From NCBI GenBank assembly GCA_003194425.1, contig PQXB01000001.1:1049810-1081809 (forward strand): a stretch of 32,000 nt of DNA, in the 5' to 3' direction. The translations under genes and the position numbers were made by a program. Position 1 is the stretch's first letter, and every line of letters starts with the position of its first letter. Positions 15,757 to 24,098 of this stretch are shown here, piece by piece. Origin of the DNA: Candidatus Methanophagaceae archaeon. GTDB taxonomy: Archaea > Halobacteriota > Syntropharchaeia > Alkanophagales > Methanospirareceae. Under the pieces are notes generated by a model. That model worked only from the letters and a program-made list of their open reading frames with translations, did not search any database and was not told the DNA's origin.

Positions 15757-16377
15757 GCGGTTAGGCGTCGTTAGTTGGGTTACGGTGAAATTAGAGAGGT
15801 TAGTAAGAAACCTCTTTTTTATGAACTGCGGTTCGTGAGAGACCCTGGGCACTTCTCGCTCACCGCTCTCAATCTTTGCTAAAACAAAAGAAGGTCCTTC
15901 TCTTTCTGAGTCGGACCCCAAAATCTCGCTCACAACAGTGCGCAATTCTTGAACTGAACTAACTTTTTTAACTGTTTTGTAGCCCACAGCCCTCGCAATC
16001 TCTTCCAACCTCACCTTACTTGAGACCGTTCGCTGCCCTCCTGTAGAAGCGTGCATTTCGTTATCCAGGAGAAAATGAAGCAGGTTACTCGGTGCGAAAT
16101 GCCCGATCGTTGCAAGCGAGCCCAAGTTCATCAGAAGGTTGCCGTCGCCGTCTAAGACCACTACTCTTTTGTAGGGTAGAGAGAGCGACAAACCAAATCC
16201 AATTGACGACGCCAAGCCCATTGAACCGAGCATATAAAAATTGCAGGCGGAATCTCGGATTGAGAATAGTTCCCTGCTAATTTTTCCGTTTGCGGAAATT
16301 ACTAGCTCGTCCCCTTTCAATTCTTTGGTAATTTCTTCGATCGCTTCATATCTTCTCATCTTTTTCTTTTTATTCAC
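15652..16377 (-). CDS. Phosphonopyruvate decarboxylase, beta (C-terminal TPP/PP-domain) subunit; sulfopyruvate decarboxylase ComE-like
   Basis: TPP-binding motif LDGDGNLLMNLGSLATIG and ...GSMGLASSIGFGL. It is adjacent to the alpha subunit and to ppm. The last ~35 codons run antisense through the ppm 3' end. The start is either GTG 16377 or ATG 16359. Confidence 0.7.
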   Translation of the reverse strand: MNKKKKMRRYEAIEEITKELKGDELVISANGKISRELFSIRDSACNFYMLGSMGLASSIGFGLSLSLPYKRVVVLDGDGNLLMNLGSLATIGHFAPSNLLHFLLDNEMHASTGGQRTVSSKVRLEEIARAVGYKTVKKVSSVQELRTVVSEILGSDSEREGPSFVLAKIESGEREVPRVSHEPQFIKKRFLTNLSNFTVTQLTTPNRLTNDRAGKFVVLKSVNFHPARIYLQRLHLVTKLD

Positions 16378-16382
16378 TCTTT

Positions 16383-16880
16383 TTATTCAATCACTCCCCT
16401 TCTTATAATTATCGCGGTTGGCAGGCTCCTCTCGTTAATTATCTTGACCGCCTCCAAGAGTGTCTCTTCCGCCTTCTCTTTCTCTTTCGGCAGCACCCTT
16501 GCAGGCACACCAATTTCCACCAAGAGTTTTAGAGTGCTCTTTCCCATTAAAATATGTTCTGGTGCGTCTCGTCCCTGAAACCCTCTCCACGAAATTAAGA
16601 GCAGCAGCGGGATTTCATAAAGCAAGACCAAAGAGGCAAGCGTGCCGATTGAATTGCCCATTCCAGAATTTTGCATAAGAACAACCGGCTTCTTGCCTGC
16701 AAGATATGCGCCAGTCGCGATTCCAATTGCTTCGTCTTCCCTCGTTGCGGGAATGTAAGGAAGATCCAGGTCTTCAGAAAGATAATTAATCACGCCCTTT
16801 AAAATAGAGCAGGGCACGCCAGTGTAGAAATCAAATCCCTTCTCCTTTAGCGCCACGCAGAAGTCTTTTGTTGAAGTCAT
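16383..16880 (-). CDS. Phosphonopyruvate decarboxylase, alpha (N-terminal PYR-domain) subunit; ComD-like
   Basis: FYTGVPCS...YIPATREDEAIGIATGAYLAGKKPVVLMQNSGMGN is the TPP-enzyme pyrimidine-binding domain. The gene is 165 aa, and the split-gene arrangement matches ComD/ComE. Confidence 0.7.
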   Translation of the reverse strand: MTSTKDFCVALKEKGFDFYTGVPCSILKGVINYLSEDLDLPYIPATREDEAIGIATGAYLAGKKPVVLMQNSGMGNSIGTLASLVLLYEIPLLLLISWRGFQGRDAPEHILMGKSTLKLLVEIGVPARVLPKEKEKAEETLLEAVKIINERSLPTAIIIRRGVIE

Positions 16881-16984
16881 TTTTTTGTTTTCTTGTGGTT
16901 AAAATCTCTTTATTCAGTTAAAAAGATATTTTTATTTTAAAGAAGGAGTAAAGTAGAAGTGGGATAAATAAGTGCGATAAATTT

Positions 16985-18049
16985 ATGAAAATGAGACAAA
17001 ATTTTGAACTCTTGTTGCCGAAGAAGATAATCTTTGGAGCAGGGAGTGTTAAAAAGGTAGGAGACGAGGCGAAGAATCTTGGCGGTAAAAACGCAGTAAT
17101 TGTTGTTAGTCGGGGAATGAGAAAGCGGGAGGGTTTTAAGGAACTGACCGAGTCCTTAAACCGCCAAGAAATCGGGTCAAAGACCGTCTGCGAAGTGGAG
17201 CCTGAACCGAAAATAGAAGAGATCTACAACTGCATTAAAACAGCCGAAGCAGAGGTAGAAGAAGAGGTAGAAGCAGACGGTGGTAATTTGGTAATCGGGT
17301 TAGGAGGAGGGAGTGTCTTAGATGTTGCTAAGAAAGTTGCGGCGGATTTAGGGTGGAAGAAAATAATGATTCCTACAACTGCGGGGACGGGCAGCGAGGT
17401 AACGCACGAAGCGGTTCTTAAAGTAGAGGGCAGGAAGAGGGCGTTTGTTGATGAACTCTTAACGCCGGACATTGCGATTGTTGATCCAGACCTTATGAAA
17501 ACGATGCCACCGAGACTGGTAGCCAGTTCTGGCATTGATGCGCTTGCACATTCGATCGAGTGCTACGATTCGAAGAGAAGTAATTTTTTGGTTAAGACGC
17601 TCGCTTCTGATGCCTACAAAATACTCAAGGAGAACCTAAGAAAAGCGGTAGAAGGGGACGAAGAAACGGAGAAAGAAGGAAAGGCAAAGGAAGAAGCGAT
17701 GGAAAAGATGGCTTTAGGAAGTTTGATGGCTGGGATGGCTTTTGGCAATTCGGGGACTGCTTTAGCGCACGCACTTTCCTACCCGCTCTCGAATGAGGGA
17801 ATACCGCACGGCGAGGCGGTTGCGATGGTTTTGCCTTACGCACTTGAGTTTAATGGTTTTGATGCGAGCGTTATAAAAGAGGTAAAGAGGATTATAAAAG
17901 ACCTCCGCATAGGACGAGCGATTAAAACAGAGATTGCAGAGATGGCAGAGGTCGTGATGCAGGACGAGAAACATCTCTCTAACAATCCTCGTGAGGTGAG
18001 GTTCAAAGATGTCGTTCAGATTTACGAGAATCTTAAAAACGAGAATTAA
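16985..18049 (+). CDS. Group III iron-containing alcohol dehydrogenase; by context a phosphonoacetaldehyde reductase (2-hydroxyethylphosphonate-forming)
   Basis: GLGGGSVLDVAKK...IPTTAGTGSEVT...SGIDALAHSIE...HGEAVA are Fe-ADH motifs. The family call is strong. The substrate call rests only on the ppm/ppd neighbourhood. Confidence 0.75.
   Translation: MKMRQNFELLLPKKIIFGAGSVKKVGDEAKNLGGKNAVIVVSRGMRKREGFKELTESLNRQEIGSKTVCEVEPEPKIEEIYNCIKTAEAEVEEEVEADGGNLVIGLGGGSVLDVAKKVAADLGWKKIMIPTTAGTGSEVTHEAVLKVEGRKRAFVDELLTPDIAIVDPDLMKTMPPRLVASSGIDALAHSIECYDSKRSNFLVKTLASDAYKILKENLRKAVEGDEETEKEGKAKEEAMEKMALGSLMAGMAFGNSGTALAHALSYPLSNEGIPHGEAVAMVLPYALEFNGFDASVIKEVKRIIKDLRIGRAIKTEIAEMAEVVMQDEKHLSNNPREVRFKDVVQIYENLKNEN
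17251..17274. repeat. In-frame 12-nt tandem repeat x2 (agaggtagaaga / agaggtagaagc)
   Basis: Encodes (E)VEE EVEA, inserted in a loop of the ADH. Confidence 0.8.
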
Positions 18050-18808
18050 ATGAAAGCGTTAATTCTTGCGTCCGGAGCAGGAAAAAGGCTGCGTCCTCTT
18101 ACTTACGAGATACCGAAGCCGTTAATAAAAGTAAGAGGTAAGACAATTTTGAATTATCTTGTGAATAATTTGATTGCGTGTGGCGTTAGGGAAATAATAA
18201 TAACGACAGGTGCTTTTGAAGACAAAATAAAGAAGTTTATGAGGGAAGAATTTCCGAGCGAGAAATTCCCGAATGTCAAGGTCTCTTATATGAATAACCC
18301 AAATTACAAAACAACGAATTATATCTGTTCAATGTGGTTGGCGAGGGGGTTGGTAGACGATGATGTGATTTTGGTTCACGGGGATTTGTTGTTTGAGGTG
18401 GGGCTGTTGAGGAGGTTGATTAACGAAAAATATGCTAATTGTGTCTTGGTGAACAGGAAGATTAAAGGACCAGAGAAAGATTTCAAAGCGGTGATTGAAG
18501 ACGGGAGAGTGGTTAAAATAGGCGTGGAGTTTTCAGGAGAGAATGCCTTTTTTTCTGTACCGTTGTATAAATTCTCTAGGGTTGATTTTCGGTCTTGGCT
18601 TGACGAGGTCGGAATTTTTATTAAAAATGGCGAGACAAAAAGATACGCAGAGGACGCTTTTAACAAAATATCTGATAAAATTATGCTTCACCCTGTTTAT
18701 TTTGAGGATGAGTTTTGTGTAGAAATAGACACTGAGAGAGATTTGGAAACGGCAAATAAGTTGGTTAGCAATTTAGTCAAGGCAAGAACAAACCTAAAAA
18801 ATGAGTAG
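18050..18808 (+). CDS. Nucleotidyltransferase (LicC / sugar-phosphate NTP-transferase family)
   Basis: MKALILASGAGKRLRPLTYEIPKPLIKV is the N-terminal signature. Its ATG directly abuts the ADH stop codon. Confidence 0.8.
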   Translation: MKALILASGAGKRLRPLTYEIPKPLIKVRGKTILNYLVNNLIACGVREIIITTGAFEDKIKKFMREEFPSEKFPNVKVSYMNNPNYKTTNYICSMWLARGLVDDDVILVHGDLLFEVGLLRRLINEKYANCVLVNRKIKGPEKDFKAVIEDGRVVKIGVEFSGENAFFSVPLYKFSRVDFRSWLDEVGIFIKNGETKRYAEDAFNKISDKIMLHPVYFEDEFCVEIDTERDLETANKLVSNLVKARTNLKNE

Positions 18809-19607
18809 AAGCAGCGAGTCAATAAAAGAATTGCGAGAGATTTGTCAGGAGAGTAGGTACGCGGCGGAGGGAGGAATGCCGTGGTTTGAGAGGTATTTTT
18901 ATAGAAGTGTCTCCATTCACTTCACAAAAATATTCTTAAAAATCGGAATATCTGCAAATCAAGCAACTTTATTGAGTCTTATCTTTGGATTATTTGGTGG
19001 TTTTTTCTTAATATTTACAAATCTAGGGTTCTGGGCATTGGCAATCGGTGCTTTATTTCTGGTTCTTTGTCTAATATTTGACCGAGTCGACGGCGAAATA
19101 GCGAGATACAAGAAATCGTGCTCAAAAGTGGGGGCGCATTTTGATCTTATGGTCGGTTCAACTCTTCATCCGTATCTCTTATTTTGTATGACTTTTGGTG
19201 CGTTTAATGTGTTGCAGGATACAACTGTTTTTATCTTCGGTTTTTTAGCAGTGATTTTAAACCTGTTGTATGAAATTCATCTCATTTCTTATGAAGAAAA
19301 ATGGGGTGGTAAATTTGAGAATAAAAGAAAGGCAACAAAAGATAAAAAAGGGGAGCGGCAAGGAAGAATCATTGAGAAATATGCGTACAGACCAGTAAGA
19401 CGAGTTAGTTCTTTTTTAGGACCTGGTGCCATCATTTATGCAATTTTAATAGTTGTAGCTTTAGATCTCTGTTTTGCACCTTTCCGCTTGGAGAATGTTC
19501 CAATCTTCTTCGTAATAAATGCAAGATATGCGTTTTTAATCATTTATTCAGTCGGTAAAATCGGCTCTTTCGTAGTGAAAGCAGAAAAACTCATTCAGCA
19601 AACTTAA
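18801..19607 (+). CDS. CDP-alcohol phosphatidyltransferase-family membrane protein (variant motif)
   Basis: The motif DRVDGEIARYKKSCSKVGAHFDLMVG matches D-x2-DG-x2-AR-x8-G-x3-D-x3-(D), but the last Asp is Gly. The protein is polytopic and overlaps the upstream gene by 8 nt. Confidence 0.7.
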   Translation: MSRSSESIKELREICQESRYAAEGGMPWFERYFYRSVSIHFTKIFLKIGISANQATLLSLIFGLFGGFFLIFTNLGFWALAIGALFLVLCLIFDRVDGEIARYKKSCSKVGAHFDLMVGSTLHPYLLFCMTFGAFNVLQDTTVFIFGFLAVILNLLYEIHLISYEEKWGGKFENKRKATKDKKGERQGRIIEKYAYRPVRRVSSFLGPGAIIYAILIVVALDLCFAPFRLENVPIFFVINARYAFLIIYSVGKIGSFVVKAEKLIQQT

Positions 19608-19628
19608 AAATGAAAAAGGAGAAGGGAG

Positions 19629-19678
19629 AAGGAGAGAAGAATGGGACAGAAGGAGAGAAGAATGGGACAGAAGGAGAG
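19629..19678. repeat. Perfect 21-nt tandem repeat x2.4 (aaggagagaagaatgggacag) duplicating the SD-like motif and the ATG
   Basis: 19629-19649 equals 19650-19670, followed by the partial unit aaggagag. ATGs at 19641 and 19662 are in frame. Confidence 0.93.
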
Positions 19679-21617
19679 GGAAAAGAATCTTCTAAGAAAC
19701 TCAGACATCGTCTTTTTTGACAATTTAAAAGCGCTTAAGACTTTTAAAGACGCGGAAAAAAAAACGCTGTTTTTCACTCTTGATAAAAACTTGTGTGAGA
19801 AAGCAAGGGCAAAGGGTTTTATTTGTAGAGCTCCAGACGACTATTTGGGATCAAAAGATTTGGAGACAACGAACTCTGACTTTGATTTAATGCGGAAGTG
19901 GCTCTCTAAATTGGCTGCTTACGACGGTTTTAATCTCGGTTCGCTGGTCCCCGACTTGTTTATTAACCTCGAGGCAATGCAGAAGTTCCGTGTGTTCAAG
20001 ATTCTCAGGGAAGTAATTGACCAAGAAAAGCCGAAATCCGTGAAAGTCGCAGCAAAAGGAAAACAGATTTATCGCTGGAGTGAAGTGGGAGACCGGGAGA
20101 TTCCTGCCAGTTTGGCTGAAGCAATCGCAAAAGACAGAGGAATCGTTTTTAAATCTGAGAATATTTGTTTGACAACGCGGATAAAAAACAGGCTGTTTCG
20201 TTCTACGGCGCCGTTTCTCTTAAGAAGTATTGAAAAAATTGTAGAAAGCGGCATTCGAATAAAACATGGCAAAATTTCAAAAAACGCAAGTGCAAATGCA
20301 AATACAGAAGCAAACGCAAAGATTTTAATATTCCTGCACAGCAACAAGAATTGGCAGGTTATCGAGCCAGTCTTGAAACGTCTTGGAAAGGAGGGGGAGG
20401 GAAAGGAGGGAGAGGGAAAGGAGAGAGAGGGGGGAAAGGGGATTGAACTCTTAATAATCTACCAATCGCACGGGTTTTTTAACTTCGGTTTGAGCAGGAG
20501 AGACTACGAACACCTACAAGATCTCGGTGCAGTGCGTTCTTTCGAGTCTTACCAAACAAAAACAATTTATAAAATTGCGACTGAAGAACGTAAGCGTTTA
20601 AAAAAGTTGTGGGACGAAATATTGAACGATGACGAATTTCAGAAGAATTTTCGTCTTGGCAATGTTGCTGTTTGGAAGGCGTTCGAGGATTGTTTTTGGC
20701 TTTACTACGCGGTTCAATTTCCGAGGCTGGTAAAATACATAGAAACCGGAAAACGAATCTTGGAGATTGAAGAGCCAGAAGTGGTTCTTTTTTTAGGCGA
20801 CGGTCCTCTTCCCTCCAGAACCTTCTCAACGGTTGCAGAGAAATTTCAAGTTCCCACCGTTCTGATTTCACACGGAATTTATTTTCCGACAAAAAGATAT
20901 ATTCCAAACTCTAAATATGTCGCAGTCTGGGGTCCGAAATTGGGAGAATATATGATTTTAACGGGCTTGAGTAAAGAGCAAATTACTGCTACAGGCGCTC
21001 CAAATTACGATGCGTTAGCGAAACTTGGAAGCAAAGAGGAGCTTAGAAGAGAGCTTGGTCTTCCTGAGAATAAGCCCTTAGTAACATTCGCAACTCAAGG
21101 TTTTAGTGACCAAATAAGGAGGAAATTAATTTTTGAAGTTTTGAAAAGCATGAAGAAATTAGATGAAGTTTTACTTGTTATTAAACCACACCCGAGAGAG
21201 AAACCGAAATTATACCGTAATCTTTTAAAAGAGTTTAATGCAGACATTTCTTCAGACAAAATCGTGTTAATGCCTGGAGTTAACACCAGCAAACTCGTGA
21301 AAGCCTCGGACCTCCTACTAACCGTGCATTCTACGGTCGCTTTAGAGTCGAATGTAATCGGAACGCCTGTTGTAACCCTGAATTTTACGGCAGAGAAAGA
21401 CCTCTTCTACTCGCAGGAAGGAGGAGCAGTTGGGGTTGAAAATCCCGAAACTTTGACTAACACGATTTACAAGGCTCTGTTTGACGAGGAGTTCAGAGAA
21501 GAAATGAAGATTAACCGAGACGAGTTTCTACGAAAATTTATCGCGTGTAAAGATGGTGGTGCTGCCGAAAGAGCGGCGGATTTAGTGCTGGAGGTGATGA
21601 AAAAATCAAAGAAATAA
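19641..21617 (+). CDS. Large two-domain protein; the C-terminal half resembles TagF-type CDP-alditol/glycerophosphotransferases (GT-B-like)
   Basis: The C-terminal region ...VTFATQGF...LLVIKPHPREK...ASDLLLTVHSTVALESNVIGTPVV resembles the Glyphos_transf pattern (KPHP ... D....S). The N-terminal ~350 aa is uninformative. Confidence 0.5.
   Translation: MGQKERRMGQKEREKNLLRNSDIVFFDNLKALKTFKDAEKKTLFFTLDKNLCEKARAKGFICRAPDDYLGSKDLETTNSDFDLMRKWLSKLAAYDGFNLGSLVPDLFINLEAMQKFRVFKILREVIDQEKPKSVKVAAKGKQIYRWSEVGDREIPASLAEAIAKDRGIVFKSENICLTTRIKNRLFRSTAPFLLRSIEKIVESGIRIKHGKISKNASANANTEANAKILIFLHSNKNWQVIEPVLKRLGKEGEGKEGEGKEREGGKGIELLIIYQSHGFFNFGLSRRDYEHLQDLGAVRSFESYQTKTIYKIATEERKRLKKLWDEILNDDEFQKNFRLGNVAVWKAFEDCFWLYYAVQFPRLVKYIETGKRILEIEEPEVVLFLGDGPLPSRTFSTVAEKFQVPTVLISHGIYFPTKRYIPNSKYVAVWGPKLGEYMILTGLSKEQITATGAPNYDALAKLGSKEELRRELGLPENKPLVTFATQGFSDQIRRKLIFEVLKSMKKLDEVLLVIKPHPREKPKLYRNLLKEFNADISSDKIVLMPGVNTSKLVKASDLLLTVHSTVALESNVIGTPVVTLNFTAEKDLFYSQEGGAVGVENPETLTNTIYKALFDEEFREEMKINRDEFLRKFIACKDGGAAERAADLVLEVMKKSKK
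20385..20441. repeat. In-frame 15-nt tandem repeat (~3.5 imperfect units, ggaaaggagggRgag)
   Basis: The units at 20385-20399, 20400-20414 and 20415-20429 differ at 1-3 positions. Encodes GKEGE GKEGE GKERE GGKG. Confidence 0.85.
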
Positions 21618-21973
21618 TGCAAACAATTTTGCTTTTAGGCGTAGGCTTGGCCGCAGGCGTGGTGAGTTCAATGCTCGGCGTTGGTGGTGGCATAATTTTA
21701 GTTCCCCTTCTTATTTTGTTAATGAACCTCGAGCCGCACCAAGCAGTAGGAACTTCTTTGGCGATTATTATTCCGACCGTGCTGGCTGGTGCTTTAACGC
21801 ACTACCGACTGGGGAATGTTAATGTGCAGTTAGCGCTGATTATCGGCGTAGGAGGAGTAGTGGGTGCGGTAGTAGGTGCTCATTTTGCGGAGGCACTGCC
21901 GTCTTTGTATTTGAAAAAGGTTTTTGGTGTTTTGCTTTTTATAATTGCGATAAAGATGATTGTAAGTCGTTAA
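21617..21973 (+). CDS. Half-size TSUP (TauE/SafE, DUF81) family membrane transporter
   Basis: GAGVVSSMLGVGGGIILVPLL...AVGTSL is the TSUP repeat signature. It is only 118 aa (one repeat unit). Its ATG shares one base with the upstream TAA. Confidence 0.65.
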   Translation: MQTILLLGVGLAAGVVSSMLGVGGGIILVPLLILLMNLEPHQAVGTSLAIIIPTVLAGALTHYRLGNVNVQLALIIGVGGVVGAVVGAHFAEALPSLYLKKVFGVLLFIIAIKMIVSR

Positions 21974-22036
21974 AGAATTAGAGAGTAAGGAGCTTTAGAT
22001 TTAGGTGGAAAATTAAAAATAAATAGGTAACAAAAA

Positions 22037-22525
22037 ATGGAGCAAAAGAATAAGACAAAGACCAAAGGGAAAAATATTGTAGCAATAATTCCAGCACGCG
22101 GCGGATCTACTGGACTTCCAAGGAAAAATATAAAATCGTTAGCAGGGAAGCCACTAATTGCATATTCTATTGAGGCAGCATTAAAATCAAAATATATTGA
22201 TAAAGTTATTGTCTCGACAGAAGACGAAGAAATTGCTGAAATATCAAGAAGATACGGTGCTAAAGTAATTGAGAGGCCAAAAGAGTTAGCAAAAGATATC
22301 ACACCAACTGAGCCAGTCTTAGAGCATATTCTTGAATGGTTAAAAGAAGACGAAGGTTATAAATCTGATATTATAATCTTATTACAACCTACTTCTCCCC
22401 TTAGAAATAGTAAACATATTGACGAAGCCTTAGATATATTTTTAAATAGAGATTATGATTCTTTATTAAGTGTGTGTCCTTCATCTGCATTTCTGTGGAG
22501 GATAGGAGAGACCTTCATTGGATAA
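22037..22525 (+). CDS. Acylneuraminate (CMP-sugar) cytidylyltransferase family protein, apparently 3'-truncated
   Basis: IIPARGGSTGLPRKNIK...GKPLIAYSIEAA...LLQPTSPLR are NeuA/CMP-sugar synthetase motifs. The ORF stops at 162 aa, where ~220-230 aa is expected. No continuation is seen in the other frames. Confidence 0.65.
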   Translation: MEQKNKTKTKGKNIVAIIPARGGSTGLPRKNIKSLAGKPLIAYSIEAALKSKYIDKVIVSTEDEEIAEISRRYGAKVIERPKELAKDITPTEPVLEHILEWLKEDEGYKSDIIILLQPTSPLRNSKHIDEALDIFLNRDYDSLLSVCPSSAFLWRIGETFIG

Positions 22526-22560
22526 TTTCGGAAAAACATAACCAACTGACTTTGGAGAAG

Positions 22561-22959
22561 ATGAAAAAAAGAGATTCCTCTCTCTTCTTTTTGAGTAAAT
22601 ATGGCTTCTGGTATTTAATATTTCATCCAGCACATTTCGTTTCTGATTTGTTTAGTATTTTATTTTTGGTCATCGTCCCGATACTATTTCCTTTGAGTTT
22701 GTTTTTGATGAACTTAAAATTTATTATTTCGAATCTGATTTTAATTGCGATAATGTTATTAGCATATTATATTTATTCAGTATCAAATAACGTACCTTAT
22801 AGAATAGCATTAAAAAAGTGGGTTTTGTACGGCATCTCAATACCTTATGCAATAAAAAGACTGATTTTCCGAAAGAACGAGTGGAATTTAAAAGGGTTTG
22901 TCAGGAAATACGATTGGAATTTAGAAAGTTATCGAAATGATTCGATTAAAAAACAATAA
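22561..22959 (+). CDS. Hypothetical small membrane protein (very AT-rich)
   Basis: Hydrophobic helices (FWYLIFHPAHFVSDLFSILFLVIVPILFPLSLFLM..., LILIAIMLLAYYIY). No recognisable family. Start taken at ATG 22561 rather than 22474. Confidence 0.35.
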   Translation: MKKRDSSLFFLSKYGFWYLIFHPAHFVSDLFSILFLVIVPILFPLSLFLMNLKFIISNLILIAIMLLAYYIYSVSNNVPYRIALKKWVLYGISIPYAIKRLIFRKNEWNLKGFVRKYDWNLESYRNDSIKKQ

Positions 22960-22998
22960 ACACAAAAATAATTAATAATTAAAAAATGCCAAGTAAAA

Positions 22999-24051
22999 AT
23001 GCCGACTAAAAACGCTTTGATAACAGGAATAACAGGGCAGGACGGAGCATATCTCGCAAAATTCCTGTTAGAGAAAGGATACGCAGTTTACGGCACCTAC
23101 AGACGACTCTCAACACCAAACTTCTGGAGACTGCAGTACCTAAATATTTTTGAGCAGGTGGTTTTAATACCCGCGGATTTGGTTGACGCAGGGTCGATGG
23201 TGGAGGCGGTTAAAATCTCAGAACCCGATGAAATATACCATTTAGCAGCACAGAGTTTTGTAGGCGCTTCGTTTGAGCAGCCGATCGGTACGGGGGAAAT
23301 AACTGGTTTAGGTGTAACGAGGATTTTAGAAGCTATTCGGCAGATTAACCCCGCGATAAAGTTCTACCAAGCCTCAACCAGCGAACTCTACGGAAATGGA
23401 CATTCCTCAAGCTTGACAGAGAACTCACCCTTTCAGCCCTCAAGTCCTTATGCCGCAGCAAAATTATACGGCTACTGGCTGACAAAAATGTACAGGGAAA
23501 GCTACAAATTCTTTGCCTGCAACGGAATTCTTTTTAATCACGAAAGTCCCTTGAGGGGCTTGGAATTTGTAACACGAAAAATATCTAACGCAGTCGCAAA
23601 GATTTCTTTAGGACTTGAAAAAGAACTTCATCTCGGCAACTTAGAGGCAAAAAGAGACTGGGGTTACGCACCCGAATATGTAGAATCTATGTGGCGGATG
23701 TTGAAAGAAAAAGAGCCCGACGATTATGTGATCGCAACGAACGAGGCTCATAAAGTAGGCGAATTTGTAGAAAAAGCGTTTGACAGTCTTGGTTTAGACT
23801 GGCAGGAATATGTTGAAGTAGACAAAAGATTTTTTAGACCGCAGGATGTTAATTTTTTGCAGGGCGATTATTCGAAAGCGAAGAGGAAATTAGCCTGGAG
23901 GCCGAGGGTAAAATTCGACAAACTCGTAGAGAGAATGGTGAAAGAAGATTTAGAAAGGTGGGCGAGGTGGCAGAAAGGAGAGAGATTTCCTTGGGACGCA
24001 CCGAATTATCCGAATGAGTCAAATATCTTAACACGAACATTAAAAGTATGA
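22999..24051 (+). CDS. gmd: GDP-mannose 4,6-dehydratase
   Basis: ALITGITGQDGAYLAKFLLEKGY.VYG..RR...FYQASTSELYG...SPYAAAKLY..W....YRESY..F.CNGILFNHESP.RG are canonical Gmd motifs. Confidence 0.92.
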   Translation: MPTKNALITGITGQDGAYLAKFLLEKGYAVYGTYRRLSTPNFWRLQYLNIFEQVVLIPADLVDAGSMVEAVKISEPDEIYHLAAQSFVGASFEQPIGTGEITGLGVTRILEAIRQINPAIKFYQASTSELYGNGHSSSLTENSPFQPSSPYAAAKLYGYWLTKMYRESYKFFACNGILFNHESPLRGLEFVTRKISNAVAKISLGLEKELHLGNLEAKRDWGYAPEYVESMWRMLKEKEPDDYVIATNEAHKVGEFVEKAFDSLGLDWQEYVEVDKRFFRPQDVNFLQGDYSKAKRKLAWRPRVKFDKLVERMVKEDLERWARWQKGERFPWDAPNYPNESNILTRTLKV

Positions 24052-24098
24052 AGAAAAGTTGGAAAATCTAACGAAGAAGGTAAAATATTTAAAACAAA

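Noticed and set aside
15652-16880. The split TPP decarboxylase might be sulfopyruvate decarboxylase ComDE (coenzyme M biosynthesis).
   Set aside because: The two families are homologous and cannot be separated by eye. The divergent pairing with an EDKX5NS PEP mutase and an Fe-ADH favours phosphonopyruvate decarboxylase. This remains an explicit alternative to test by phylogeny.
16985-18049. The Fe-ADH-like gene might be glycerol-1-phosphate dehydrogenase (EgsA).
   Set aside because: The motifs (IPTTAGTGSEVT, SGIDALAHSIE, HGEAVA) fit classical group III alcohol dehydrogenases better than the EgsA/DHQS-like branch, and the phosphonate context supports a phosphonoacetaldehyde reductase.
19610-19720. 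The upstream ATG at 19610 as the start of the TagF-like gene or of a leader peptide.
   Set aside because: It is out of frame with 19641 (31-nt offset) and gives only a ~37-codon GA-repeat-encoded ORF, most likely a by-product of the repeat.
22474-22560. The track start (22474) of the small membrane ORF, which overlaps the truncated neuA-like gene.
   Set aside because: The first 29 codons are non-hydrophobic, overlap the upstream ORF by 52 nt and show no NeuA similarity in that frame. ATG 22561 (MKKRDSS...) is a more plausible start, if the ORF is real at all.
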